Source: Epiperipatus broadwayi
Lineage: Eukaryota; Animalia; Onychophora
Direction: 5' to 3'
Length of the DNA: 64,000 nucleotides
NCBI GenBank assembly: GCA_028023455.1
Contig: JAQFVV010000002.1
Coordinates: 21,762,001 to 21,826,000 of the forward strand
A model generated the notes under the pieces. The model was given only the letters and a program-made list of their open reading frames with translations, ran no database searches and was not told the DNA's origin. Below, piece after piece: positions 12,661 through 25,902 of this stretch. Positions within the stretch are counted from its first letter, which is position 1. Each line of letters starts with the position of its first letter. The translations under genes and the position numbers were made by a program.

Positions 12661-14089
12661 ACAAATGTTTATAACTTTTCTAAATATATGTACAAAAACT
12701 TTAAAATAAAATAAATATATATGCTATCTTTACTTTTTAATTAATAAAATTAAATTACATTTTAGTCTCTTAAATATTGACATGTCAGGTTAGACTTAAT
12801 CAATGGCAGCTTACTTTTTATTAAACACCATATTTTAAGAATATATAACTATATCATACAGTATAACTAGCTAATTTAAGTATATTTTAAATTCTAAGAT
12901 TTGATACAATAATAAACAATATTATTCATTTCTTTCAGTTAAATTTCTCAAAACTTTATAACATTGCTCATAAAATTTCAGTTTAACATAAGCTATTAAA
13001 TAATTTCCAGAAAATTTAATTGCATGGAGAATTTTTCAAAAATATCAAAATTGATACCAGTAAGCAAATCCTTTCCTACATATCTAGTATCTATGTACCT
13101 TAGTTTTTCTTTCAGATATAAATTAACAATGTGTCACAGCCAAAGTTAAATAATTTAAATAAATATTGATTTAACAATTAAATAAGATTGTTTTCAATTT
13201 TTATTAATCAACTGAAAAAAAATTTCCAAAACTAGTCAATTAGTAATATTAAAATTAGCACCATTTTCTATGTAATAGAATGATAATTTGATGGTAATTC
13301 AGTTTGATAACAATAAATGAATACTGATCTACTCAGGTATCTACATTCCATTTTACGCTTTGTTGAATCTTTAAATCCTGTTTTGACATCATGAAATAAT
13401 ACTGAAATAACTAATTGATAAATTTAAGATTTTTATTTTATTTGGAAAAGTGATTTATCATAATACTATATAATTTATAAATTTATTGTTTAATCTGATA
13501 CCACTTATTTCTTTTCATTGACAGGTTTGTTTCAAACTTTAGTATTATTTGTCTTTTCAATTTCTTATTTGGTTTTGAAAAGGGGGGGGGAATCTAGTCA
13601 ATTATAAGTTTTCAAGATTAATTTTAGTTCCCCTTAATAGTACCTAATATTGACTTACAAATTAATTTATCATTAAAAACCAGTCAACACTTAGACAATC
13701 CCAATATCAATAACAATCAACAATTTCAAACTGTTGTCAAGGGAACTTTCTTTTAACAACAAAGGTGGAACTAGTTTATGTATAATTTCAAACAATCTCT
13801 TTTTCCTTTTAATTGACTGATTTGATTGGTATTTTTATTATTATTTATTTTTTAAATTTTTTATTTGGTTTTGAAAAAGTGGAAGAAAAAATAGTCAATT
13901 GTAAATGTCATTACCTTTTGTGAAAACAGTAATATTAAAGTTCAAAAGAATTGTCAGCTACAATTTTTTATTTTTCATCAAATAATTTTTTTATTTAATA
14001 CAAATTACAATTTAGAAAAAAATGAACTGGCTTGCTTTGAAACAACGGCAAATTAAAAAAAGGTTAAAATGAAAATTATTTCAGTACTT

Positions 14090-14420
14090 ACATATTAGAC
14101 CTGCAATGTAGAGGAGGTGGTACACCTTTTCACATCTGTGATAAATGTGTAAACTTGTGATCATGTCAAATAAACCTTGCAATGTTATCCGATCTTGTAT
14201 CAAAACATGTAACAGTAAAATTGGCATTCATAAGAGAACATGGTTGGAGGATTTGAGAATTCCATTCCTAAATGGCAATCTGCTTTATTTAAAGTTGGGC
14301 TTGCAAATTAAGCTCTATAGAATGGGAAAAATTAGAGCTTGCCTTATCAGATAAAACTGTAATTGATTGGAATAACTACATGCGGGAAATTTGTACCACT
14401 GCCATGGTTTTTCTTGTGAT
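14090..14420 (+). mobile_element. Merlin/ISXO2-like DNA transposase remnant
   Basis: Translation LSDKTVIDWNNYMREIC (~14343-14397) matches the TVxDWxxxxRExC motif seen upstream of ISXO2-like domains; TATTAGACCTGCA at the left edge recurs at ~15405 and, inverted, at ~15620. Confidence 0.55.
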
Positions 14421-14499
14421 AATTTTACACACTCAGTTATTGTTCATATTTCATTCTGACAACATCTTTATGGCTGGCAATTGCATTTTTAACTATTTT

Positions 14500-15650
14500 T
14501 TATTCATTTGTATTTGTAGTTTTGATTAAATGATTTATTCTGACTGTTGGAAGGCTTATAAAAGTTCTGAATTATGAAGTGGCAATTACGATCATTTTTG
14601 GGTGAACCACAAATACAATCACATGTTAAGTAAGTGTGGATTTTGGAAAAAAATAAAAATTTTACTTTTAGTCTCCATTTGGAAAAAAAAATTATCCACT
14701 TAAAATAAAGTAGAATCAGCAAATTAATTCTTTCATCGTGACAATTCCTGTTATATATTACACGGTAATGGTTTTTTGTAGTATTTTATAGTATATTCCA
14801 ACTGTTGGAAGGCCTATAAAAGTGCTGAATTACTAACTGCTGATTACAATCATTTTCAGGTGAATAATCACGTTAAGTAAGTGTGCATTTTGGGAAAAAT
14901 AAAAATTTTACTTTTAGTCTCTATTTTGAGGAAAAAATTTATCCACTTAAAATAAAGTAGAACCGGAAAATTGATTGTTTCATCATGGAAATTCCTGTTA
15001 TATATTACAAGATAAGTACCATATGTGTATATTTTATGGGTTTTTTTTTTAATATTTTAGACTATTTTTGTAATTTTGTGATTGTTTTGTCTGTATTTAA
15101 AGTAACATTTGGGAATTGCATAATTGGCTTATCATATTTTACATATTTTTGTATGTCAAATCAATATTTTTACTGTTCTTAAAATATACTTTTTAAAATC
15201 AAATATTTTGGTGAAATTCATATTTTCAATATTGTTAGAAATTAATATTTCGCATTGTAATTTGTATTTTTTGTGTCAAAGTCATATTTTTAGTATAAAT
15301 GCACACTCACATTTTTATATATAACGTGGTAAATACCATATGTGTATATTTTAGGGTTTGGGGTAATATTTTAGAGTATTTTTGTAATTTAGTAATTGTT
15401 TTAATATTAGACCTGCAACACATATTAAATCTGTAGTGGCTTTTCAAATATATATTCATGTTGTTGATAACTTCGTAAATCTTGCAAACATATCATGTGC
15501 ACGGGGTCCATTTTAACTAATTTATCACTTTAAGTTTGTAGAAGATCCAAGTGAACATGTTATTTTGGTCAGATCAAAAGATTAGAAAGTTGTCAGTGGA
15601 TTGATACAAATGTGAAAAGCTGCAGGTCTAATATGTGTTGCAGGTTTAAT
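14500..15650. repeat. Internal tandem duplications plus a small TIR-bounded element
   Basis: ~14540-14765 resembles ~14800-15010; ~15015-15090 resembles ~15330-15400; 15405-15650 is bounded by TATTAGACCTGCAACACATATT / AATATGTGTTGCAGGTTTAATA. Confidence 0.6.
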
Positions 15651-16879
15651 ACATAAGTACCATTATTTCTTTTGATTATCATTGCTGATTACTGTCTTTT
15701 TTTATATCACAATAATAAAAGCATTACCAATTTTAATATAGACTGAGGAAATCTGGCAACCATGATGTGAACAATGCAAAATCATTCAAAATCTTCCCTT
15801 AGAATTTTTTTTTCTTTTCTCCATCATAGCAGCCCATTTGCTTTTGACACAACATTAAGTAGATCTTTCTGCTGTAAAAATGTCAATGCAGTTTCTTAAC
15901 TAACAATTAATTACTTTACTACAAAAATCATTCAATAACATAGTTATTTTAAACAATATACAACTGTGTAAGTTGCAACTTTCTTAGAATAAAATGTATA
16001 CAGTTCTAAAAACACTTAGGTCTAAATGAAAAACATAAATGGTCTTTATAAAAGAAAATTTGCATAAATTTTGCATAAATCACTGCGAAACTTCAATTAA
16101 AGTAGACTATGAATATGGAGACTTAAGTTCTCTGAAAGCGCTTAGCCATATAACTCTTTAATAATATTTGAGACAAGCTTCACTTTTTTGCATAAAGCGC
16201 AATTTAAATTACATAAAGTTTATTTATAAATTCAAAAAATAAATAAATAAAATAAAAATAAAACAATTTAAGTGAATAACTCAAGCTTTATATTTATATT
16301 TCTTTATCAAATAAAAACATTTTAATAATATAAATGAACTCAAAGTTTATTTTAAAATTATTTTTTTTAAAAAAGGTTTTTTATTTTTTTATTTTCTTGG
16401 TGTGTTTTTTAAACTATTTAGTAATCTATATTTTACATATGAAAAATATGCTAAATTTTAAATTTATTGATTTGTTATCCCAGTATTATTTCATGATGTC
16501 AACCTAGTGTTTTAAAGAAACAAACATAAAATGGAATGTAAATGTCTAAGTACATCAGTACTTAATAAATGTTTATAAATTACTAATTCTTTCTCCACTG
16601 AAAGTCAACTTAATTAACAAGAATTTAACTGTATTTTGTTTAATACTCTTCAATTCTTTATGTATTTCGTGAATAAATATCTAAAAACACTTCTTTTTAT
16701 TTTTCATAATACTTTTTATTCTCTAATTATTTAATAGTTTTAATAGACTAGAAGCGTTTTTCAGAACTGTAAAATTCAATTGATTATGCCATTTCTTGTT
16801 TATTTACATAAATAAACAATTACCATATTTTTATATTAGAAATATTTATAGAAGATTATATAATGTATGCATTTCTCCA

Positions 16880-17240
16880 TACTTCTTTCAGACCACTCAA
16901 AGAAATATGAAGAGATGGATTTTAGGAGTAACAAGAAGAGATCGAAAATGCAATATATGGATAAGAGAACAAACAGGTGTTACTGATCTCATTGAAAAAA
17001 TTAAAAGACTGAAATGGAGTTGGGCTGGACATATTACTAGAAGAGATTGTAATAGATGGACAATTGAAATCTTAAAATGGATTCCAAGAGATTATAAAAG
17101 ACCCAGAAAGAGACCACATGTGAGATGGATGGATGAAATAGGAAAGTGTGCAGGGGTGATGTGGAGAAGAGAAGCTAAAGATCAGAGAAGATGGATTGAA
17201 CTTGAAGAGACCTTCATCATACAGTTGATGATGATGATTA
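16880..17240 (+). mobile_element. RTE-clade LINE 3' fragment with (GAT)n tail
   Basis: ORF 16796-17266 includes QTTQRNMKRWILGVTRRDRK...KWSWAGHITRR...RPRKRPHVRWMDEI. Confidence 0.9.
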
Positions 17241-19024
17241 TATTATGTTTTATTTTGTGTTCCTAATGTTAATAAATTAGTGAATAATTCAAAAAAATAT
17301 ATCTTTTAAACAAAAAAGTAGTATAGTGCAGAATTTCATATATATAAATAAATCAAGACATAGTACTGAGAAATGGTTAAAAAAACATCAACAGTTATAT
17401 AAATATATAAAAAATAAAAATAATAATGATTTAATAACAGCATTTGTTTATTTTGAACATAAAAAAATGTGATTTTATTTTCAATTTTGATCTAGAAATT
17501 GTTAGAATTTTTTATGAGGAAAAAAATCATAATAAAAAAAAAAGGCAAGTTTGATAAATAGGAGTAAGAAATCTTTAATTAATAGACAAAGTGCAAATGT
17601 TAAAATTCATTAATCATATCACATAATGACTTTTACTTCCACTAAATTTTAAAAGTTTCCAGTTGAAGATGGCTATAAAAATAAGTAAAAGTGCTTCTAC
17701 ATTTTGTAAAAGTTATTTGTAAACATATGGTATATATTTTAAGTATTCAGATTAACTGTAGGTTAAAGTATTGAAAAAAATAAAGAAGTTTGTTGATCTT
17801 GTTTGGTTTTATTTTCACTTGATTCATGGATAATGGAGATCTTGAAATACAAAGTTAACTTAATAACTATGGCAACCTAATGCTTTAAAAAAATATTGCT
17901 TACTGCTAATTCTAGTTTCAAAATCCTAATTCTGTTATAATCAATCACAGAAAAAAATATAAATAGGCAAATAAATAAGGAGATTTAGGAAATGGTTAAG
18001 TGTATCACGAAAGATTATTTGACTAAAATCAACATTATCATTAAGTATTACATATTTCAATTTCTGTTATTGCAATCACCATAGCAACACCTATTATAAA
18101 ATTAAATGTTTTTATATTTCACATATATTTATTTGTAAATTAATTTGGGAAAATTATATTATTAAAAAAAAGCATATGTAAAAATATATTCACTAGAATG
18201 TAGCTAAATTGTAATATAAATTCTTTATTTTGGTTTAAAAATGAAAAAGTCATATCGAACTTAGATTTCATTTTCAATGTATCCAATTTTTCTTAAAATT
18301 TCCATTTCACTTACAAAAAGGAGGCAAAACTTTCTTGTACAGGTTGTTCATCATCGAGTTAAAATCGAGTGATTTTCAACAGTCGTTAGGACAACAATAA
18401 CGTCATCACGAATATCTGATAAACCGAACTGAGATACTGTAATATGAGTTCTTATCATTTTGTCATTGCATAAAACAAATCATTTTTTCTGTCTTCAAAA
18501 TTCATTAAATATTATTTAAATAGTTAATTCATAAATATGGAAGAATAAAAATTTTAACAATCTGCCCATTCAATGGGGCAGATTGCTAATGAAATTCCAG
18601 GGGAAACAACAAAAATGTGAAAGAAAGAAAACCCCATCAAAAATGCCTAGTATTGTAGGTCAGCTATATAAAGATATTCTGTGTTTAAAAATCCAGAATT
18701 ACATTCATTTATTTGTAATGGATATAAACCCCATTATGTTCTATGGATATCATATTTTATGTCAAGAAAATCTACAAGATCGATTAACTCAACTTATGTG
18801 TTATAATAAGTGATTTAAACGTCACTTTCATAAGTCAAAAAGAAATAAAAGAAAAAGTTAATATTAATTCTTCACTTAATTTTAAACTGGATTGTGTTAT
18901 TAAGGAAATTCTCTTGTTTATAAACAAAGCAAAGCAAAACTCCATATAGTAGTGCCACCTGTGCTAAACAGACTAATCAATGGATGCCAGAAGGCTTGTG
19001 CATAAAATCCCTATCTAATGCCTA

Positions 19025-19090
19025 CTCGTCCAATATCCCCAGACTAGTTTCTGGCTTGTGGCCTTCGTCAGTGAGGAGCTTTGGATCTGA
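19025..19090 (-). ncRNA. Type I hammerhead ribozyme, family A
   Basis: ATCCAAAGC-TCCTCA-CTGACGA-AGGCCACAAGCCA-GAAA-CTAGTC|TGGGGA-TATTGGA; stem I TCCTCA/TGGGGA extended by TCCAA/TTGGA; predicted GUC cleavage after 19042. Confidence 0.8.
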
Positions 19091-19814
19091 GAGCACTGCA
19101 TCTAGATCTTAAGATCTAATGCAACCCTCTAGCAACCACCTTTTATCTCTACTTAACTACAAAACTGTGAGCATGAAATTGAAAACACAAAAAATATTTT
19201 CAATCTAAGTTCAATAGCTTATATAGTCATATGGGTCTGAACTCAGTTCAGCACCCATACATTTTGGTGTCTTTGGATCTTTAACAACCATAGCCACCAC
19301 TACCCTATTAGGCAGGATTGGTGTTAAACCAGCAAGCATCACATGATCACATTTCCAATACTAACACATAATTGTTTATAAACAAAGCAAAGCAAAACTC
19401 CATATAGTAGTGCCACCTGTGCTAAACAGAGTAATCAATGGATGCCAGAAGGCTTGTGCATAAAATCCCTATCTAATGCCTACTCATCCAATATCCCCAC
19501 TACTATATGAAGTTTTGCTTTGCTTTGTTTATAAACAATTATGTGCTAGTATTGGAGATGTGATCATGTGATGCTTGCTGGTTTAACACCAATCCTACCT
19601 AATAGGGTAATGGTGGCTATGGTTGTTAAAGAGCCAAAGACACCAAAATGTATGGGTGCTGAACTGAGTTCAGACCCATATGACTATATAAGCTATTGAG
19701 CTTAGATTGAAAATATTTTTTGTTTTCAATTTCATACTCATAGTTTTGTAGTTAAATAGAGATAAAAGATGGTTGCTAGAGGGTTGCATTAGATCCTAAG
19801 ATCTAGATGCAGTG

Positions 19815-19885
19815 CTCTCAGATCCAAAGCTTTTCACTGACGAAGGCCACAAGCCAGAAACTAGTCTGGGGATATTGGATGAGTA
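19815..19885 (+). ncRNA. Type I hammerhead ribozyme, family A
   Basis: TTTTCA-CTGACGA-AGGCCACAAGCCA-GAAA-CTAGTC|TGGGGA; predicted cleavage after 19866; stem I retained through G-U pairs. Confidence 0.75.
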
Positions 19886-22432
19886 GGCATTAGATAGGGA
19901 TTTTATGCACAAGCCTTCTGGCATCCATTGATTACTCTGTTTAGCAAAGGTGGCACTCCATGAGTTTTGCTTTTCTTTGTTTATAAACAATTATGTGCTA
20001 GTATTGGAGATGTGATCGTGTGATGCTTGCTGGTTGAAATTCTCTTGTACATTATTGCCAGTGAAAGTAGGAAAATTAAAGCAGACATGTTGTTTTGAAA
20101 GCTGGATATTTATATACTTGAAAGGAAACATTAAAAGTTAAACCGAAAAGAACTACATGTGCGTATCTTCTCTATTCCAAAGAAATTCATCTCTACACTT
20201 TAGGATTGAAAGTAAAGAATCGGAAGCTATGATAATGAATGAATATGGATGGACTCACTGATATATATATATATTTTATGCTTAAATGTGTGTATATATT
20301 TAGACAAGTATATGTAAATAATATATATGGATATGATAGAATTCACGCAATGAAAAGGTCAGAGATTTATTTAGTTCTCATTTAGGTTCTTATCTGATGA
20401 TTTAGGTTAAGACGACCTTATGTTTCCAAATATTTAATTTTTTTTGTATGTTCAAAATTTAGCTTGAGAATATCGGATAAAAACAGTTTAAATTATAATA
20501 TATTTTTTATATATATATTTATTTAATTATTATTACATTAATGAATAAACAGAGTTCAATTTTTATTCGATTGTATTTTCTTTTATCAGTGTCTATGATA
20601 TTTCAAATCTCTCCTTCCGTTTTCATCGTGTTATTGTCATGCAACATATTTGGAGTTCCACACATATTTTATTATTTTTATTGATTTTAGTTAATTGCAA
20701 AATATCGATTGATGTTCTTTTATATTTTGTTATTCCTGTTATTCATTTTTATTTTATAAACCAATAAATTTAGAATTGATTTAAAATCAGATGAATCTGT
20801 TTAATTATTTCTTTTGAATGCGCAAGATAATTTTGGTATTTAAAATTTGGTCCAAAATTTAAACTCATCTTGGTAAGTGAACTGGAATTAGATATATGAT
20901 ATATTTTATACATCATCATTTTTTTAATCCTATTACATATTAGTTTTATATTTATTAATGCATTCAAATATTTGTTTATTTGTTTAAATCAATATTGCTA
21001 GTAAAATAATTTTATTAGCTCAGAGTTGATGGTCTATTTGCTTATTTTGTCCGGTTATAAAAATCTTAATCGATTGTATTCTATCCTTAGTCAGAACGAC
21101 TTATCTTAATTACTTTTTAAATTTCTTTGAAGTTGAGATCATAAATTTTATTAACTAACTTAACTGAATATTATTTTTGGATTAGACGACCTCAATTATT
21201 GTCATACATAGCTTAATTGTTATAAAGTCCATTTTATATTTGATTGACTAGAGATTTAAGTGGATAAATAATATCAGAGATTGTAATTCAGTAAACATCC
21301 AATGGAAACTTAGGGTATATTTTATATAATGTGATTGGATACTGTAAAATGTGAAATGACCTAATGAAAGTTATTGATAATAAATTCTTGTGAAGTATTT
21401 CATTTAATAATATAAATGAAGCAGTAATTGTGTATCACTCTACTGTAGAATACGAATGAAATGTTTATATTATATTTAATGTTTTACTGAAATAGGTATA
21501 CATTTAAGTAAAGGATTATTTTGTTTAAACATTTAAAATAATATAGGTTTATAAAACATTTTTCAAAATGTACTTATGATTATTTAGAAACTAACCTATT
21601 TAAATAAATAGAATATCATTAAATATTAAGATAAATTTGAATTACTAAAAATAATATTAAATTAATAAAGTATGTCGAATTTAGTTTTATTCAATTGTCA
21701 ATTGAGTAGATATCTCAAGCATACATCACTGTTTAGGACAATGATATACGATTTCACTTTTTATTGTAATTTACTTTGTATTGTGATAGATTTGTTGATG
21801 TGGAAGATGATGATCTAAACCAACTGATGAGTACTGGTTCAGTACAAAATATATAAATTAATATTCTAGAAATTCGGTCTAATATTTTATACAGATGTCA
21901 AATATAATTAATTATTCATGTATTTAATTTATTTTGGCAAAATATCAGATTTCTTAAAATCTATATATATAAACAGCAAAAGTTACCTTAGAAAATGTAA
22001 GAAACTGTTGTTATGGGCATTCCGATTGTTACACGAAATACTGTTGGAAATCCTGAATTTTTATATCATCTCAAAAACTCGTGGAAAATATAATTAATGT
22101 GATTGATTATTGAATATTTATTGGATTTTTTTTTTCCTCACTGTTAGGATTTTTCTATAGCATGATAAAATATATATTTACAATCCTTGTTAAACATAAA
22201 ATTAGTAATTTATTTATACATCATACTTTGTACAGATGTAATCCTTCATTATTTGAAGTGCATTATCTACACTAATCTTAACTTTTCTGGCGCACAGTCT
22301 CTTGACTTCTCAGCAGTATTGAACTTTTTCCTTTTATGTAATATATTATGAAAGGAGTTTTGGATATAATATGCTTTGGTTCCAAAGTGGCATTTCATTG
22401 GAAATCTTTAATGCTATGAGTTTATTGGATAG

Positions 22433-22548
22433 TTTTTTTTTTTTTCATAAGTCATAGCATCTGCCGGGAGGCGAACCCGCAACACACAACAACCGTCTGC
22501 AACCAACTTCTTGCTTGCAAGGCAGCTGCACTGACCTCTTGGCTAATA
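22433..22548 (-). mobile_element. tRNA-derived SINE
   Basis: Minus strand AGCCAAGAGGTCAG...GGGTTCGCCTCCCGGCAGATGCTATGACTTATG(A)n. Confidence 0.8.
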
Positions 22549-23024
22549 ATTCTGCCTATGGATCTTCATCTAAATGGAACATTGGATTAGTGATTAACCT
22601 AGGCTTGAATTATATAAAAGTAGTAGTTTTCCTTGAAATAATAATCAAAATAATTATATATTTTGATGTACTCTTTATAAATCATATGTATCTTATTGCA
22701 TATTATAAAGTTATTGCTTTATTTTTATTTGCAACTTCAAAAAAACTTTTGATAAATACAAACAACTTGTATTAAAAACAATAATTCACTTCATTTATTC
22801 TTGAGTTAATTATCATTACTATTAAATAAACAATGGACATCAGGTAATACCAAATCTCAGAATTGTTTTTGCCTTTGGATTTGCATCAAAGAGGACCATT
22901 GAATTTTCACTTAACATTCAGTGGCCATCTTTACTTGTTTTGTACTATTAAAGCTAATAATTTGAGATTCAAATCACAAGATTTTGAATTAGAGCCAGTT
23001 ATGTGCTTATATAAAAGGATGACT

Positions 23025-23436
23025 GAAATACGGGTTTATTATATACCTATATCAATATATATAGGATATATGAGCACAGACTTTCACATGGCCCACCACT
23101 CTCCACTATATCTCATAACACTGATACACTTGAACACATATTTTCCATCATCAGATTTTCAATGGGATGGATAGTTGAAGAGTTGGAATGTGGAGTGGAT
23201 TGAAGCCTGTCCATTAAAGTATGAAGAATGGCTATCTTAATATATGTCTGAGCACTTATTGCATATATGTGTAGAGATGGTAATCTGGACCAACTGATGA
23301 CTGCTGGTTTAGCTTGAAATACATACATTGGTGATTATTTATCTTTGTGACATATAAGTGTTCAAGCGTATCAGTTTTATGTGATAGAATGGAGAGTGGT
23401 GGGTCATGTGAAAGTCTGTGCTCATATACCTTACAC
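23025..23436. mobile_element. Family C hammerhead element, head-to-head, ~19-bp TSD
   Basis: TSD CTTA(T/C)ATAAAAGGATGACT at 23006-23024 and 23437-23455; core on + at 23294-23327 has a mutated cleavage triplet (ACA). Confidence 0.75.
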
Positions 23437-24295
23437 CTTACATAAAAGGATGACTTAAATTCAAAACTTTAAATTGTTTGAATATCAGGATAGTATAAAA
23501 GAAATAATGAATGGCTGCTGAATGCTTTTCTTTGATGAAGTTCATAGGCAAAAACTAATCATGAAATTTGTATGGATCTCTACTAACTTATATCCAACGA
23601 TTTTCTCAAGCTTATATTAGATGGATCTGGAGTAAAGTAAATAAAATGAATTTCTGCATCTAATGCAGTAAAAAATAATCTAGAAAAATCATTTGCTATT
23701 TTGTTTGATATATGTGTGTCTGTAAATATGAATAACTATGCATACTGTGACACTGTGAAAAGGTGTTTTCCTTCCAAGTTTCCTGCAATGCTATTTCTGA
23801 ATCAATACATATATTATATAGCTTAGCTATTTCCCACAAAAAATTACGCTACTAGCATGTCTGTAACATGAGTTATTACATGAAATGTGACAATGTGTTT
23901 CATCTTGATTGCTCTCTTTGCCAATATGAAATCTTGTAAATCAAATCACTTGAAAACATTTTTGTGACTGAAGTTTCATTGTTGCTTCAGTATCAATTTT
24001 CCTCCTAATTTAAAACATTTAATGTTAGTTCTTTGATCAATTGTGAGTTAAGGTATGAAATGCTGTCATATTTCACACTATATTTCATGATTCATACACA
24101 TTCCCAACTTAATTTTTTTGTGATGAATAACTAAACTTTATCACCAGGTCACACATGTATTGATTCAGAGATTGCACTGTGAGTAGCTTGGAAAAAGAAT
24201 AACCTTTTCACTAGAACATACTGTGTATATGTTGCTCCAATCTGTTTAATTACAAAGAAATCAAGTCATATGTCTCATGACGTAATTTAGCAAGC

Positions 24296-25101
24296 ATCAC
24301 ATGATCACATCTCCAATACTAGCACATAATTGTTTATAAACAAAGCAAAGCAAAACTCCATATAGTAGTACTACCTGTGCTAAACAGAGTAATCAATGGA
24401 TGCCAGAAGGCTTGTGCATAAAATCCCTATCTAATGCCTACTCATCCAATATCCCCAGACTAGTTTCTGGCTTGTGGCCTTCGTCAGTGAGGAGCTTTGG
24501 ATCTGAGAGCACTGCATCTAGATCTTAGGATCTAATGCAACCCTCTAGCAACCACCTTTTATCCCTACTTAACTACAAAACTATGAGCATGAAATTGAAA
24601 ACACAAAAAATATTTTCAATCTAAGCTCAATAGCTTATATAGTCATATGAGTCTGAACTCAGTTCAGCACCTATACATTTTGGTGTCTTTGGCTCTTTAA
24701 CACCCATAGTCACCACTACTTTATTAGGCAGGATTGGTGTTAAACCAGAAAGCATCACATGATCACATCTCCAATATTAGCACCTAATTGTTTATAAACA
24801 AAGCAAAGCAAAACTCCATATAGTAGTGCCACCTGTGCTAAACAGAATAATCAATGGATGCCAGAAGGCTTGTGCATAAAATCCCTATCTAATGCCTACT
24901 CATACAATATCCCCAGACTAGATGCAGTGCTCTCAGATCCAAAGCTCCTCACTGACAAAGGCCAAAAGCCAGAAACTAGTCTGGGGATATTGGATGAGTA
25001 GGCATTAGATAGGGATTTTATGCACAAGCCTTCTGGAATCCATTGATTACTCTGTTTAGCACAGGTGGCACTACTATATGGAGTTTTGCTTTGCTTTGTT
25101 T
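24296..25101. mobile_element. Family A hammerhead retrozyme-like insertion (458-bp monomer)
   Basis: TAAACAAAGC recurs at 24337 and 24795; intact core on - at 24458-24487; core on + at 24952-24981 has G8>A; flanking ATGAC(G/C)TAATTTA(G/A)CAAGC duplication at 24277-24295 and 25102-25120. Confidence 0.88.
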
Positions 25102-25129
25102 ATGACCTAATTTAACAAGCTTGTTTTAC

Positions 25130-25605
25130 AAATTAGCTTGGAAAGAGAATAACCTTTTCACTATAACATACTGTATGTTCATTCAGTCTGTTTAATTACA
25201 AATAAATCAAGTCATATGTCTGTCACATGACCTAATTTAAGAGCTTGTATTACAAATGATATATAAAGAGCTACTACTGGCTTCCTCAGTGAGGTGTCAG
25301 GATATTCAAGAATTAGATTAAAAATACCAGGACAAGCCAGGCACTTTATCTAATGGATATTTATAAAGCAGAAAATATGAAATTTTCAGACATTCATATG
25401 TCTTCCAATCTAGCTATCTAACTTAAATAGCCTTATGGGACTGAACCAAGTTCAGATACACCATATATTAATAGCTTTAGCAATATAAAATCGCCAAAGC
25501 CTTAATAGCAAAAAATAAAATTACTAATAAATTAAGTCATGTGTCACATGACCTAATTTAACAAACTTGTATTACAAATGTTATATAAAGAGCTCCAGCT
25601 CACGA
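25130..25605 (-). repeat. Family B relic and short tandem units hosting the family A insertion
   Basis: Repeated GTCACATGACCTAATTTAACAAGCTTG units; partial core CACCTCA-CTGAGGA on - at ~25284-25298. Confidence 0.5.
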
Positions 25606-25902
25606 ACTCTTTATATAACTCCAGTCTGTTTGTTTGTTTGTTTTAATAAATTTGCTTTTTTTAAATAAAAAAACTTTAAAATCTCTTTAGTCACAAAAAT
25701 ATTACAAAAAAATAACAATGCACATTGCAAATGTTTTTTTTCTTCTAGAATATATGCATTAACCATGCAGATAATACGGAGTATCAAAGTATATGTTTAT
25801 GCTATAAAATCCAAAGCTAGCATTAACATAGCAAAAATGGAATTCCTATACCAATGAAGTTTAAATATTAAAATATATTATTAAACGAATAAAAATAGTT
25901 AC

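Larger units (their letters stand above)
18918..20035. mobile_element. Family A hammerhead retrozyme-like insertion (458-bp monomer, 13-bp TSD)
   Basis: Exact TSD GAAATTCTCTTGT at 18905-18917 and 20036-20048; minus arm 18918-19499 has period 458; plus arm 19500-20035 has period ~452; cores at 19042-19071 (-) and 19837-19866 (+). Confidence 0.9.

Noticed and set aside
7090-20260. Scattered plus-strand exon-like pieces (~7106, ~10278, ~11232, ~13011, ~13337, ~20203)
   Set aside because: Splice phases are inconsistent and no peptide is recognisable; expected by chance in AT-rich DNA.
18918-25101. CRISPR-like array
   Set aside because: Eukaryotic context; the repeats are ~458-bp monomers with no short-repeat/unique-spacer structure.
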